Assembly: GCA_045636265.1 (NCBI GenBank)
Contig: JAZTXD010000078.1
Span: 66,967-130,966 of the forward strand
Reading direction: 5' to 3'
DNA from: Candidatus Flemingiibacterium sp.
Lineage (GTDB): Bacteria; Bacillota; Clostridia; Oscillospirales; CAG-272
Length of the DNA: 64,000 nt
Numbering within the stretch: position 1 is the first letter of the stretch; the number at the start of each line of letters is the position of its first letter. Made by a program: the position numbers and the translations under genes. Below, piece after piece: positions 1 through 8,387 of this stretch. The notes under the pieces were generated by a model. The model saw nothing but the letters and a program-made list of their open reading frames with translations, made no database searches and was not told the origin of the DNA.

Positions 1-156
1 TTTTGCGAGATCTTCCTGTGACCTGCCCGGCTCACGGCATATAGCCAGTGCAAAAGCGTAGTGTCCGCTTTGCAGATCTTCCGCCGAAACTCTGCTGTGC
101 CGATAGATCGCTTGTGAACGGCTGATGTTGTTAAGCATCTTCATAAATTTTGACAT
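1..156 (-). CDS. MarR-family winged-helix regulator, N-terminal part (gene runs off window start)
   Basis: Reverse-strand ATG at 154-156. My translation is MSKFMKMLNNISRSQAIYRHSRVSAEDLQSGHYAFALAICREPGRSQEDLAK, which is MarR-like. Truncated by the window edge, so absent from the ORF track. Confidence 0.5.
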   Translation of the reverse strand, partial: MSKFMKMLNNISRSQAIYRHSRVSAEDLQSGHYAFALAICREPGRSQEDLAK

Positions 157-175
157 AGTATACCTCAAAAACAAA

Positions 176-210
176 ATAGTTGCACCGGAAACAGTTTCCT
201 ATGCAACTAT
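176..210. promoter_or_regulatory. 35-bp near-perfect inverted repeat, candidate operator
   Basis: ATAGTTGCA-CC-GGAAAC-A-GTTTCC-TA-TGCAACTAT lies in the divergent intergenic region between the MarR-like gene and the 331 gene. Confidence 0.45.
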
Positions 211-330
211 TATACAATAAACACTCCGGTATGTCAAGTCTGAATTTATAGCAGAACATTATTGATATTTGGCACAATATATGGTATAATCATTGTGGAT
301 GATTGTAGAACCTAAAATGAGAGATGGATA

Positions 331-849
331 ATGAAAAAAATTATAGTTATCGGCTGTCCGGGAAGCGAAAAAACCACCTTCGCGGAAAAGCTGAACAAAA
401 AAATCGGCATACCGCTGTTTTACCTTGACGCAATCTGGCATAAGCCTGACCGAACCCATATTTCAAGAGAAGAATACGATGCGCGCCTTGCCGAGATTCT
501 CGCGCCTGACTCGTGGATCATAGACGGGAACTACAGTCGAACGGTAGAGCGGCGGATTGCGGCGTGCGACACGGTCTTTCTTTTTGATTTACCTATAGAG
601 GTTTGCCTTGACGGCGCAATTTCACGCCTTGGCAAGGAGCGATACGATATTCCGTGGATCGACACCGAGCTTGACCCGAATCTGAAAAAAGAGATTGAGG
701 AATTCGGTGACAAGAATCTCCCCACTATATACGCGCTGATTGACAAATATAAAGACGGCAAATCGGTTGTAATATTTAAAAGCCGAGAAGAAGCAGACAA
801 ATTTTTAAGTGGAGAAAAACTGTGGGAGAAGGTATGTAACAATGATTAA
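331..849 (+). CDS. P-loop NTPase, adenylate-kinase-like / topology-modulation (FlaR-type) family
   Basis: Walker A IGCPGSEKTT near the N-terminus, WIIDGNY, ~170 aa. Confidence 0.7.
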   Translation: MKKIIVIGCPGSEKTTFAEKLNKKIGIPLFYLDAIWHKPDRTHISREEYDARLAEILAPDSWIIDGNYSRTVERRIAACDTVFLFDLPIEVCLDGAISRLGKERYDIPWIDTELDPNLKKEIEEFGDKNLPTIYALIDKYKDGKSVVIFKSREEADKFLSGEKLWEKVCNND

Positions 850-1267
850 AGAACTTATGCACGATCCGATATTCCTCGCAGGAAAGTCGCAGATCGCTAC
901 AAAAGAGGATTTGCAGATCGCAAATGATCTGCTCGACACACTAACAGCACACAAAGACGCTTGCGTTGGCATGGCGGCGAATATGATCGGCGTAAAAAAG
1001 CGCATAATCGCGTTTCTCGATGAAAGCGGGAAAACTCCTACCTACACAGTAATGCTCAATCCCGAGATCATCAAAAAAGACGGCGCATATGACACAGAAG
1101 AAGGCTGTCTTTCCCTGCTCGGCGGTCCACGCCCCTGCAAACGGTACAAGTCTATAAAGGTACAGTATCAGACAGTAGAAATGCACACGCGCGTGAAGAC
1201 TTACACCGGTTTCACGGCGCAGATCATTCAGCATGAGGTGGATCATTTGAACGGAGTTTTGATATGA
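842..1267 (+). CDS. def: peptide deformylase
   Basis: Motifs GMAANMIGV, EGCLS and HEVDHLNG. ATG at 842 lies 8 nt after GGGAGAAGG. The ORF-track start at 809 is probably too far upstream. Confidence 0.9.
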   Translation: MIKELMHDPIFLAGKSQIATKEDLQIANDLLDTLTAHKDACVGMAANMIGVKKRIIAFLDESGKTPTYTVMLNPEIIKKDGAYDTEEGCLSLLGGPRPCKRYKSIKVQYQTVEMHTRVKTYTGFTAQIIQHEVDHLNGVLI

Positions 1268-1632
1268 GCAAGCTTAAAGAACGCGCGAAAAATCTGAAGT
1301 CGGACATTCCGGCGGTATTCCTCGCGCTAAAAGAAAAAAGAACCCCGTGGTATGCAAAAATCATCGCGGCAGCAGTTGTTGTATATGCGCTGTCGCCGAT
1401 CGACCTCATCCCCGATTTTATACCCGTTCTCGGTTATCTCGATGACCTCATCATTTTGCCTGCGCTGATCACATGGTGTGTCAAATGCATCCCCGACGAT
1501 GTGTTCGCCAATTGCAGAAGCCGGGCACAGGGATTGTGGGGCGGCGGTAAACCGGAAAAATGGTACTATTCCATTCCGTTTATTCTAATTTGGGTGGCAG
1601 TTATTGGCTTGGTTATTATTGCGTTCATTTGA
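1264..1632 (+). CDS. DUF1232 (YkvA-like) membrane protein
   Basis: SPIDLIPDFIPVLGYLDDL signature, C-terminal TM segment, 4-nt overlap with def. Confidence 0.7.
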   Translation: MSKLKERAKNLKSDIPAVFLALKEKRTPWYAKIIAAAVVVYALSPIDLIPDFIPVLGYLDDLIILPALITWCVKCIPDDVFANCRSRAQGLWGGGKPEKWYYSIPFILIWVAVIGLVIIAFI

Positions 1633-1822
1633 GAATAATCAAGCAGAGGGGGTCACATTTCGTGACCTCCGCTGTCTTTGCACTCACATTGCTGAGTATA
1701 CAATTTAGCCTTCATGAAAAACAAAATTAATTCAGATAAACCTCGATATACACTTGATAAATGGAATATTTTGTGATACAATGAAATATGTAGAGCAACA
1801 CCCAACTTACTTGGAGGATAAA

Positions 1823-3787
1823 ATGTACACAATAAATGTAATCACCCTGAATCCCGTGGTGAATTTTGCCGCAGAGGAGCTCAAAAAATATCTTCGCATG
1901 ATGATGCCCGAATGCGGCGAGATATTCATAAATTACGACCGAAATGCAAAGGACGGTTTAAAGCTCGGACTTATGAGCGATTTCGGACTTGACACAGCAG
2001 AGGCCGAGGACATAGTGCTCGACGATATTCTTCACATCGATACGGACGGCGAAAACGGCATTATCGCAGGAAGCAATCCGCGTTCAGTTCTGCTTGCGGT
2101 CTACCGTTACCTAAAGCAAAACGGATGTTTTTGGCTGTTCCCCGGAATCGACGGTGAATATGTGCCGCTTCGCACGGTTGGCGCGGTAAAGTATCATAAA
2201 ATGGCTGAATGCCGTTATCGCGGTCAGTGCAACGAGGGCGCGGAGTTTCAGCAGGATATGATGGACGTCATAGACTTCACGCCAAAGCTTGGCATGAATG
2301 TGTTTATGCTTGAGTTTGACACTCCCAAGGCTTACTATGACCATTACTACAACCACAAATATAATACGGCAAACCGCGAGCCTGAACCTATAACTGCCGC
2401 TACCGTAAAGCAGTGGAAACGTCAGTGCGAGGCGGAAATGGCAAAGAGAGGACTTCAGTTCCACGATATGGGCCATGGATGGACTGCAGAGCCGTTCGGC
2501 ATATCCTCGGTAAACGGCTGGGTAAAAGAGGCTGATAATCCGGTGCCGGAAGAATCCCGCGAAATGCTTGCAATGACAAACGGTGTTCGCGGACTTTGGA
2601 ACGGCGTGGCGCTCAATACACAGTTCTGTATGTCAAACCCCAAGGCTCGTGCTATTGTAGCAGATTATATTGTACAGTACGCAAAAATGCATCAGAATGT
2701 GGACTATCTTCACGTATGGCTTGCGGACGGAGCTCACAACCACTGCGAATGCGATGAATGCCTCAAAAAGACACCGTCTGATTATTACGTAATGCTGCTT
2801 AACGATATCGACGAGCGGCTTACAGCGGCAGGGCTTGACACACGTATTGTATTTATCTGTTACACCGATACAACATGGGCACCGCTCACGGAGAAATTTA
2901 TTAACACCAAACGCTTCTCCTTCATGCTTGCGGCGATAACAAGACTTTACTCTTCCCCCGTTCCGGAATATATTCCACAGGCGAAGCTTGCGCCGTATGA
3001 AAGAAACAAAGCCGATAGCTTCCCTGTTAAGGTTGAGGACTATATTCTTCACTCAAAAGAGTGGAAACGTGCCGGAGAATGCCCCTCCCTTGTATATGAA
3101 TATCACTTCTGGGTACATCAGCACCAGGATCCCGGCATGATGAAGTTTTCAAAGCTTATATACGATGATATCCGCGGATACAGAAAGAATGGCTTTGACG
3201 GACTTATAGAGGACGGTAGTCAGCGCAGCTATTTCCCAAACGGCTTCAATTTCTTTGTGTATGCCGAAACACTTTTTGATACAAGCGTTGACTTTGAGTC
3301 GCTGAAGCAGGACTATTTTTCCCACGCATACGGTAAGATCACAGATGATGTACTCGCATATTTCACCGAAATATCCGAGGCGTTTGATATAAATTACATT
3401 GCCAAGAATCTCAACGCGGCTGTAGGCGGTGACAGAAACGGCATGTGCTTCCATGCGCCGGAAAAAGCGGCTGCGTTCAGAAAAGTTAAAGATATTACGG
3501 CAAAGTATGCTCCTATATTCGATTCTAACAAAAACATGGAATACCGAGTGCAGACAGTGGCAATGCGTCTGCTGCGCCTGCATCTCGAATACTGTGAAAG
3601 TATGGCTGAAATATGGGCACTTGTATGCGAAGGTAAGCTTGATGAGGCGCTCGCCGCTGTTCAGTCTTTTGCGGATGATTTCGGCAAATACGAGCTTGAG
3701 ATAGAAACGTACTTTGACCATCGCATGTGCTTCTATTTCCTCGATCTTTTAATGAATTCGTCCAAAAATTTCTATACTGCAAACTGA
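1823..3787 (+). CDS. DUF4838-like protein (putative glycoside-hydrolase fold)
   Basis: 654-aa ORF with GGAGG 5 nt upstream of ATG 1823. The family call comes from my recollection of N-terminal and central motifs and is tentative. Confidence 0.5.
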   Translation: MYTINVITLNPVVNFAAEELKKYLRMMMPECGEIFINYDRNAKDGLKLGLMSDFGLDTAEAEDIVLDDILHIDTDGENGIIAGSNPRSVLLAVYRYLKQNGCFWLFPGIDGEYVPLRTVGAVKYHKMAECRYRGQCNEGAEFQQDMMDVIDFTPKLGMNVFMLEFDTPKAYYDHYYNHKYNTANREPEPITAATVKQWKRQCEAEMAKRGLQFHDMGHGWTAEPFGISSVNGWVKEADNPVPEESREMLAMTNGVRGLWNGVALNTQFCMSNPKARAIVADYIVQYAKMHQNVDYLHVWLADGAHNHCECDECLKKTPSDYYVMLLNDIDERLTAAGLDTRIVFICYTDTTWAPLTEKFINTKRFSFMLAAITRLYSSPVPEYIPQAKLAPYERNKADSFPVKVEDYILHSKEWKRAGECPSLVYEYHFWVHQHQDPGMMKFSKLIYDDIRGYRKNGFDGLIEDGSQRSYFPNGFNFFVYAETLFDTSVDFESLKQDYFSHAYGKITDDVLAYFTEISEAFDINYIAKNLNAAVGGDRNGMCFHAPEKAAAFRKVKDITAKYAPIFDSNKNMEYRVQTVAMRLLRLHLEYCESMAEIWALVCEGKLDEALAAVQSFADDFGKYELEIETYFDHRMCFYFLDLLMNSSKNFYTAN

Positions 3788-3805
3788 TGCATCTATACTC
3801 TAAAA

Positions 3806-3838
3806 AGGAGGTCACGGAATGTGACCTCCTTTGATTTT
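3806..3838 (+). terminator. rho-independent terminator
   Basis: AGGAGGTCAC-ggaat-GTGACCTCCT followed by TTGATTTT. Confidence 0.7.
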
Positions 3839-3913
3839 CATACAGAGAAAATGGCGGTGACCTTTAATATTTACGTGCAGTCAGAGTGCTAAAGTGGTCA
3901 AGTATGCGCTCGT

Positions 3914-3958
3914 AAAATGCCTCCCGAATTTTCGCGTAAGCTGCGATTCGGGAGACGT
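3914..3958. repeat. 45-nt direct repeat, copy 1 (contains hairpin CTCCCGAAT...ATTCGGGAG)
   Basis: 42/45 identical to 6738-6782 by hand alignment. Confidence 0.8.
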
Positions 3959-3960
3959 TT

Positions 3961-4701
3961 TTACATATCAAATAAAAATAATTCCATTTCTTTTTCAAAC
4001 GAGGATGCATCCGCACTTCGCCAATTTTTGGGACGGCGCCATGCTTCTTTTAATTCTCGTGCTTCCATTGCATCAAGCGCATAAGCTTTGACGAAAAGCA
4101 GTTCCTCCATTTCAAAATAATCACCGAGATACTGTTGACCGGTAGAACGAAGGTACCCTTGAAAGCCATATTTTTTTACAGCCTCTGTATAGCCTCTTGC
4201 AACAGCATAGCAAAGCTCTCTGCCATCAATGGTGTACTGAAATCGTCCTCCTGAATAAAGAAACTCGATTTTTATTGGGTCAGATACATTTTCAGGGAGG
4301 ACTTCTTCATCGGCAGAACGGCGAGAAAGAGTAATATCTATGATTCGGCCTTCTTCATCCCACGTGATAGGAATGGATTTGTAAAAACACTTGCCGTTTT
4401 CATCAGTGGGGTATTCCCACGGATCAACTCCGAATCTTCTCTTCCACAATCTGCGATGTAATCTGTGATAGTCAAATCCTTCGTTGTAAAGGCAATAAAC
4501 CGCAGTTAAAAAAGAAGAAAACTGATCCCCCATAACGCAACTCGGATAGAAATAGTGGTTATCGCCGCCTATCCTGAAGTGGACTTGCATAAAGTCCGCG
4601 CCAATGGGAGTCAGTCTGATTCGTGTCTGATAATTTCTCTTATTCAGTTTCAAAAAAACACCTATGCCATATCGGGCACGCACTACTAAACAGTAATGCA
4701 T
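3961..4701 (-). CDS. hypothetical protein
   Basis: 246-aa ORF with no motif I recognise. Confidence 0.5.
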   Translation of the reverse strand: MHYCLVVRARYGIGVFLKLNKRNYQTRIRLTPIGADFMQVHFRIGGDNHYFYPSCVMGDQFSSFLTAVYCLYNEGFDYHRLHRRLWKRRFGVDPWEYPTDENGKCFYKSIPITWDEEGRIIDITLSRRSADEEVLPENVSDPIKIEFLYSGGRFQYTIDGRELCYAVARGYTEAVKKYGFQGYLRSTGQQYLGDYFEMEELLFVKAYALDAMEARELKEAWRRPKNWRSADASSFEKEMELFLFDM

Positions 4702-4870
4702 TATAGAGTAACTCTTGTTGAGTTCGTTTTTATTATATCATATCTTCAATTGTTTGTCAATACAACTTTTTCTGGCATGAAAAATCAAAAGAAATATACT
4801 TTGCCGTGGCATTTAACGCGCCGCAGCCGACAAAGAAAAGGTGTTCGCACATAATATTCACGCAAAACTG

Positions 4871-4899
4871 TTGAAGTCATTGCCTGAACATGGTATAAT
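4871..4899 (+). promoter_or_regulatory. sigma-A type promoter (TTGAAG-17-TATAAT)
   Basis: Nearly the same sequence as the rhodanese promoter at 13180-13208. Confidence 0.55.
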
Positions 4900-4929
4900 T
4901 ATGGTAACACCAATCACACAGAGGGAGCC

Positions 4930-5075
4930 ATGATAAAGCTAACCCCAAAAATCCAAACGAAAAGCCATAATCACCGCAGTAAAGAGGCGGCGAGAAACTG
5001 GTGGTGCTTGGATATACGAGCATCGTGGAGTTCGGCGGCATCCTCGACCGGACTGGTGCGGTTGTTAGAGGAAAT
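4930..5075 (+). pseudogene. rhodanese-lipoprotein gene remnant (internal ~340-nt deletion plus frameshift)
   Basis: The 5' part aligns to 13242-13290 and the 3' part to 13631-13725 of the intact paralog. The junction falls at the shared CGCCGCAGT microhomology. Confidence 0.75.
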
Positions 5076-5141
5076 TAAGTATAGCGGTTCAATTTGGGGA
5101 CCGTAGCAGGCCAATATAATGACTCGAAAGAGGTGAATAAT

Positions 5142-5999
5142 ATGTCAACACTTAACGGAAAAACAGCGATTGTAACGGGCGCGAATTCGGGCATGGGTAT
5201 GGCAACTGCCGCCGCCCTTGCAGACATGGGCGCGGTTGTTGTCATGCTCTGCAGAAATGAAAAACGAGGCCGGGAAGCGCTGAACAAACTGTCGGAAAAG
5301 TCCGACCGGAAATTGGATCTTATGCTCTGTGACCTTGGGGATCTTTCCTCTGTCAAGGCGTTTACGGATGCATTCCGAGCCAAATACGAAAAACTCGATA
5401 TTCTTGTCAATAACGCAGGTTTCATCTCTCTTGATCGGCAAACCACAAAAGACGGATTTGAGCGGCAATTCGGAGTAAATCATCTCGGTCATTTTCTGCT
5501 GACGCTGAAGCTTGCTCACCTTATTCCAAGCGGCGGCCGAATCGTTAACGTGTCCTCCGGCGCACACAAGACAGGCAAGATTCATTTCGAGGATATCAAC
5601 TTGACCAGAGGCTTTAACGTCATTAAAGCATACTCGCAGAGCAAGCTTGCCAACGTGCTTTTTACACGAGAACTTGCGGCAAGGCTCAAAGATCACGGAA
5701 TTACGGTAAATTGCTGTCATCCGGGAGCGGTTGCCACGAACATCGGTATCAGCCGTGATACGGGCTTTGGAAAGACGGTTACCGGGATGCTGAAGCCGTT
5801 CTTTCAAACGCCAGAGCAAGGCGCGCGTACTGCGATTTATCTTGCGTCCAGCGAGGACGTAAGAGATGTCACTGGTGAGTATTTCTATCAGTGCAAAATT
5901 GCAAAGTCATCGAAACACTCAAAGGATATGGAGCTTGCAAAAAGATTTTTTGAATTCAGCGAACAGCTTGTGGGCTGCAGTTTTGAATTTGGAAATTAA
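5142..5999 (+). CDS. SDR-family oxidoreductase
   Basis: TGANSGMG cofactor motif, NNAG, YSQSK active site. RBS AAAGAGGTG precedes ATG 5142. Confidence 0.85.
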   Translation: MSTLNGKTAIVTGANSGMGMATAAALADMGAVVVMLCRNEKRGREALNKLSEKSDRKLDLMLCDLGDLSSVKAFTDAFRAKYEKLDILVNNAGFISLDRQTTKDGFERQFGVNHLGHFLLTLKLAHLIPSGGRIVNVSSGAHKTGKIHFEDINLTRGFNVIKAYSQSKLANVLFTRELAARLKDHGITVNCCHPGAVATNIGISRDTGFGKTVTGMLKPFFQTPEQGARTAIYLASSEDVRDVTGEYFYQCKIAKSSKHSKDMELAKRFFEFSEQLVGCSFEFGN

Positions 6000-6626
6000 A
6001 ACTGTGCCGCGGCAAACAAAGAAACGGCAATCAAGCCCACGATAACGTAAGTGGCAGACAAGCGATTCTTGTTAGCGACATTCTCGCCACGTGCTATAGT
6101 CAACGTGGTGAATCTTGCAGAGCTAATTTCACTCTTCCGAAGGCTTCATATCGCACTCGTAGGTGACAACGGTGGAGGGCGTTAAGTGCATCCCCGAAAA
6201 AAGCAAACGCCAAGCGTGCAGAAAGGCATGATTGAGCAAATGGCAGATGTGCTGGCTGGAAATCCGGCCATGCTGGCATTAACGCGCTTGCGTCGAGCGT
6301 GATGAGGAAAGAAAAGCTGAAGGCTGATGAAGAAAAGCGCGTTACCGAAATCAAAGCGCACAACGATAGGATCAATGCCCAAATCGCCGAAATAAATACC
6401 GTACTTGCCAAGCAAAAGCAATTTGCGAAGAAAACGCCGGCAAAATTTTCGGTGCCGGATCAAAGCTTAAGAAAGCAGCTAAGGCTGAAAGCAGTAGACT
6501 GGAATCAGAGATTAATTCTCTTAAGTTAAAGTTGAAGTAATTCGAACAAACTTTAGCGCTTAATCTTGCCGCAAATACTTTCGTAGGTAACATTCTGTGG
6601 TAAGATTGTTCATCCGTCAATACATT

Positions 6627-6710
6627 TTGCCGTTTGAATCAACGTCGCAGAAAATGCGGATTAGGTAGGTGCCATTTGGTTTTGAAATAATACTTGCCAT
6701 AGTTTTTCCG
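6627..6710 (-). pseudogene. tyrosine-integrase 5' remnant (27 codons)
   Basis: MASIISKPNGTYLIRIFCDVDSNGKMY* resembles an arm-binding N-terminus. The start and upstream ~60 nt are ~80% identical to the remnant at 30098. Confidence 0.5.
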
Positions 6711-6737
6711 CCTTGATGTCTGAAATTATGCCTTTCA

Positions 6738-6782
6738 AAAATGCCTCCCGAATTTTCGCATAAGCTGCGGTTCGGGAGGCGT
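6738..6782. repeat. 45-nt direct repeat, copy 2
   Basis: See 3914-3958. Confidence 0.8.
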
Positions 6783-6985
6783 GTGTATTGTAACTCTTTC
6801 GGTGGCAGTTGTCAATAGGTTTCGCAGATAACTGTTTGCGTCGCAATAGATAAATAAAAAGGGCGGCGATAGATAACCCATAAATGGTAAAAGCATTGAA
6901 CTACAGGTTATCATTTTATATTGAACTTTTTTCGGAATGTCGCGTGACTGCAGGATATTTCTTCGGCCGCAATATATGAAGATGC

Positions 6986-7900
6986 TCAACCTTTATTCTG
7001 CTTGTACGGGACTCGTGCAGATGGCACTAATTTCGATGCAGAATCCGTATGAACACTTTGATCATCGAAGAAAATATTTGCGCCAAACGCTTTCAAAACC
7101 TCGCTCTTTTCAATTCCGCCGAGGAAGAAGGCTTCATCAATTCGCACATCCCATGCACGCAGTGTGCGAACAACTCTCTCGTGCGCAGGAGCATTTCTCG
7201 CGGTTACAAGTGCTGTACGGATCGGGACGGCATCCTTGGGGAACTGTTGCTGTATGATTGAAATAGTTTTAAGTAGCTTAGCAAAAGGTCCTTCAGGCAA
7301 CGGATTTTTTGCATTTTCCTGTTCATGCTCGGTGAAAGCCTGCAGTCCTTTTTCCTGATAAACACGTTCTGCTTCATCTGAGAAAATTACCGCATCACCG
7401 TCGAATGCTATACGAATTTGAGTTATTTCGTTGTCAGCATTGATCGGGAGCTGATCGTGGCTGCAAATGATACCGGATGCCACATTTGCGTCGATTGCTT
7501 CCTGCACATCGTCCTCATTGGCAGACAAGAACAAATCGGTTTTAAACGCTCCGAGATACGGTGAAATCGAGGCTCCGCTAACCAATGATGCCCTGCTGAT
7601 ATTTAACTTGTAGTGTTCGATGGAATTAAAGATTCTAAGACTCGTATCAGCGCTGTTTTTAGACATAACTATAATTTCTGTCAAATACCGTCCGTCGGCA
7701 TTTAACTGCTGCAGCGCTTTAATCAGCGGGAAGGCGGTGCCGGGCTTTAGAATATCCTTCTCGTGTTCTATTTGATACGCAGAGTATTCTTCCAAACCGG
7801 ATTCTTCAAAAATCTTGTTTTCTGCCTCAAGATCAAATAAAGCTCGAGAAGAAACTCCTATTACCAATTTATCGTCTAACTTCAGCGGCATAACAATCAC
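6986..7900 (-). CDS. 5'-nucleotidase family protein (PF06189-like)
   Basis: KLVIGVSSRALFDL...AYQIEHE...PGTAFPLIKAL pattern typical of this family. Confidence 0.7.
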   Translation of the reverse strand: MIVMPLKLDDKLVIGVSSRALFDLEAENKIFEESGLEEYSAYQIEHEKDILKPGTAFPLIKALQQLNADGRYLTEIIVMSKNSADTSLRIFNSIEHYKLNISRASLVSGASISPYLGAFKTDLFLSANEDDVQEAIDANVASGIICSHDQLPINADNEITQIRIAFDGDAVIFSDEAERVYQEKGLQAFTEHEQENAKNPLPEGPFAKLLKTISIIQQQFPKDAVPIRTALVTARNAPAHERVVRTLRAWDVRIDEAFFLGGIEKSEVLKAFGANIFFDDQSVHTDSASKLVPSARVPYKQNKG

Positions 7901-8322
7901 CTCTCTTTTACAAGTTCCAAAGTCATATCATCCATTTCCCCGTCATAAAAACGTTCCAACACTTTATGAAACACCGAACCGTCTTCGCTGACAAGTGCAA
8001 ACAACGTCATAGATGACCGCAGCTTCAGCGCGTCGGTATGCCCGAATATATCTTTAGGATTTTTATTTTCATGCGCGAGTAATGCCTTACAAATCTCGAT
8101 AATCCGAGCAGACAGAACCGGATGCGCGAGATATGCTCTCGCTTCGGCAAGGTCGGCAATACCGTAGGCGTACGCCATCGAACTCATACCAAGACCGCGT
8201 AGTTGAGGAAAGATGTACCACATCCAATGCGAACGCTTTTTTCCGCGCTTGATTTCATCAAGTGCAGTTGCATATGTATGTTCCTGTGCTTCAATAAATC
8301 TATCTAAAGAATTGATGTCCAT
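7897..8322 (-). CDS. DUF1810 protein
   Basis: RFIEAQ...KRSHWMWYIFPQLRGLG...EARAYLAHPVL signature. Confidence 0.75.
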   Translation of the reverse strand: MDINSLDRFIEAQEHTYATALDEIKRGKKRSHWMWYIFPQLRGLGMSSMAYAYGIADLAEARAYLAHPVLSARIIEICKALLAHENKNPKDIFGHTDALKLRSSMTLFALVSEDGSVFHKVLERFYDGEMDDMTLELVKER

Positions 8323-8387
8323 ATTTTCTCCCGACTCGACTGTTTTTTATAAATCCATTATACCATGCATTTATGAACATTTCAATA

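Noticed and set aside
6100-6620. Overlapping short ORFs on both strands, including a coiled-coil-like 76-aa ORF at 6299-6529.
   Set aside because: None has a convincing start or RBS or a recognisable motif, and the frames break repeatedly. This is most likely decayed coding sequence of the old integrated element, so I did not annotate it as genes.
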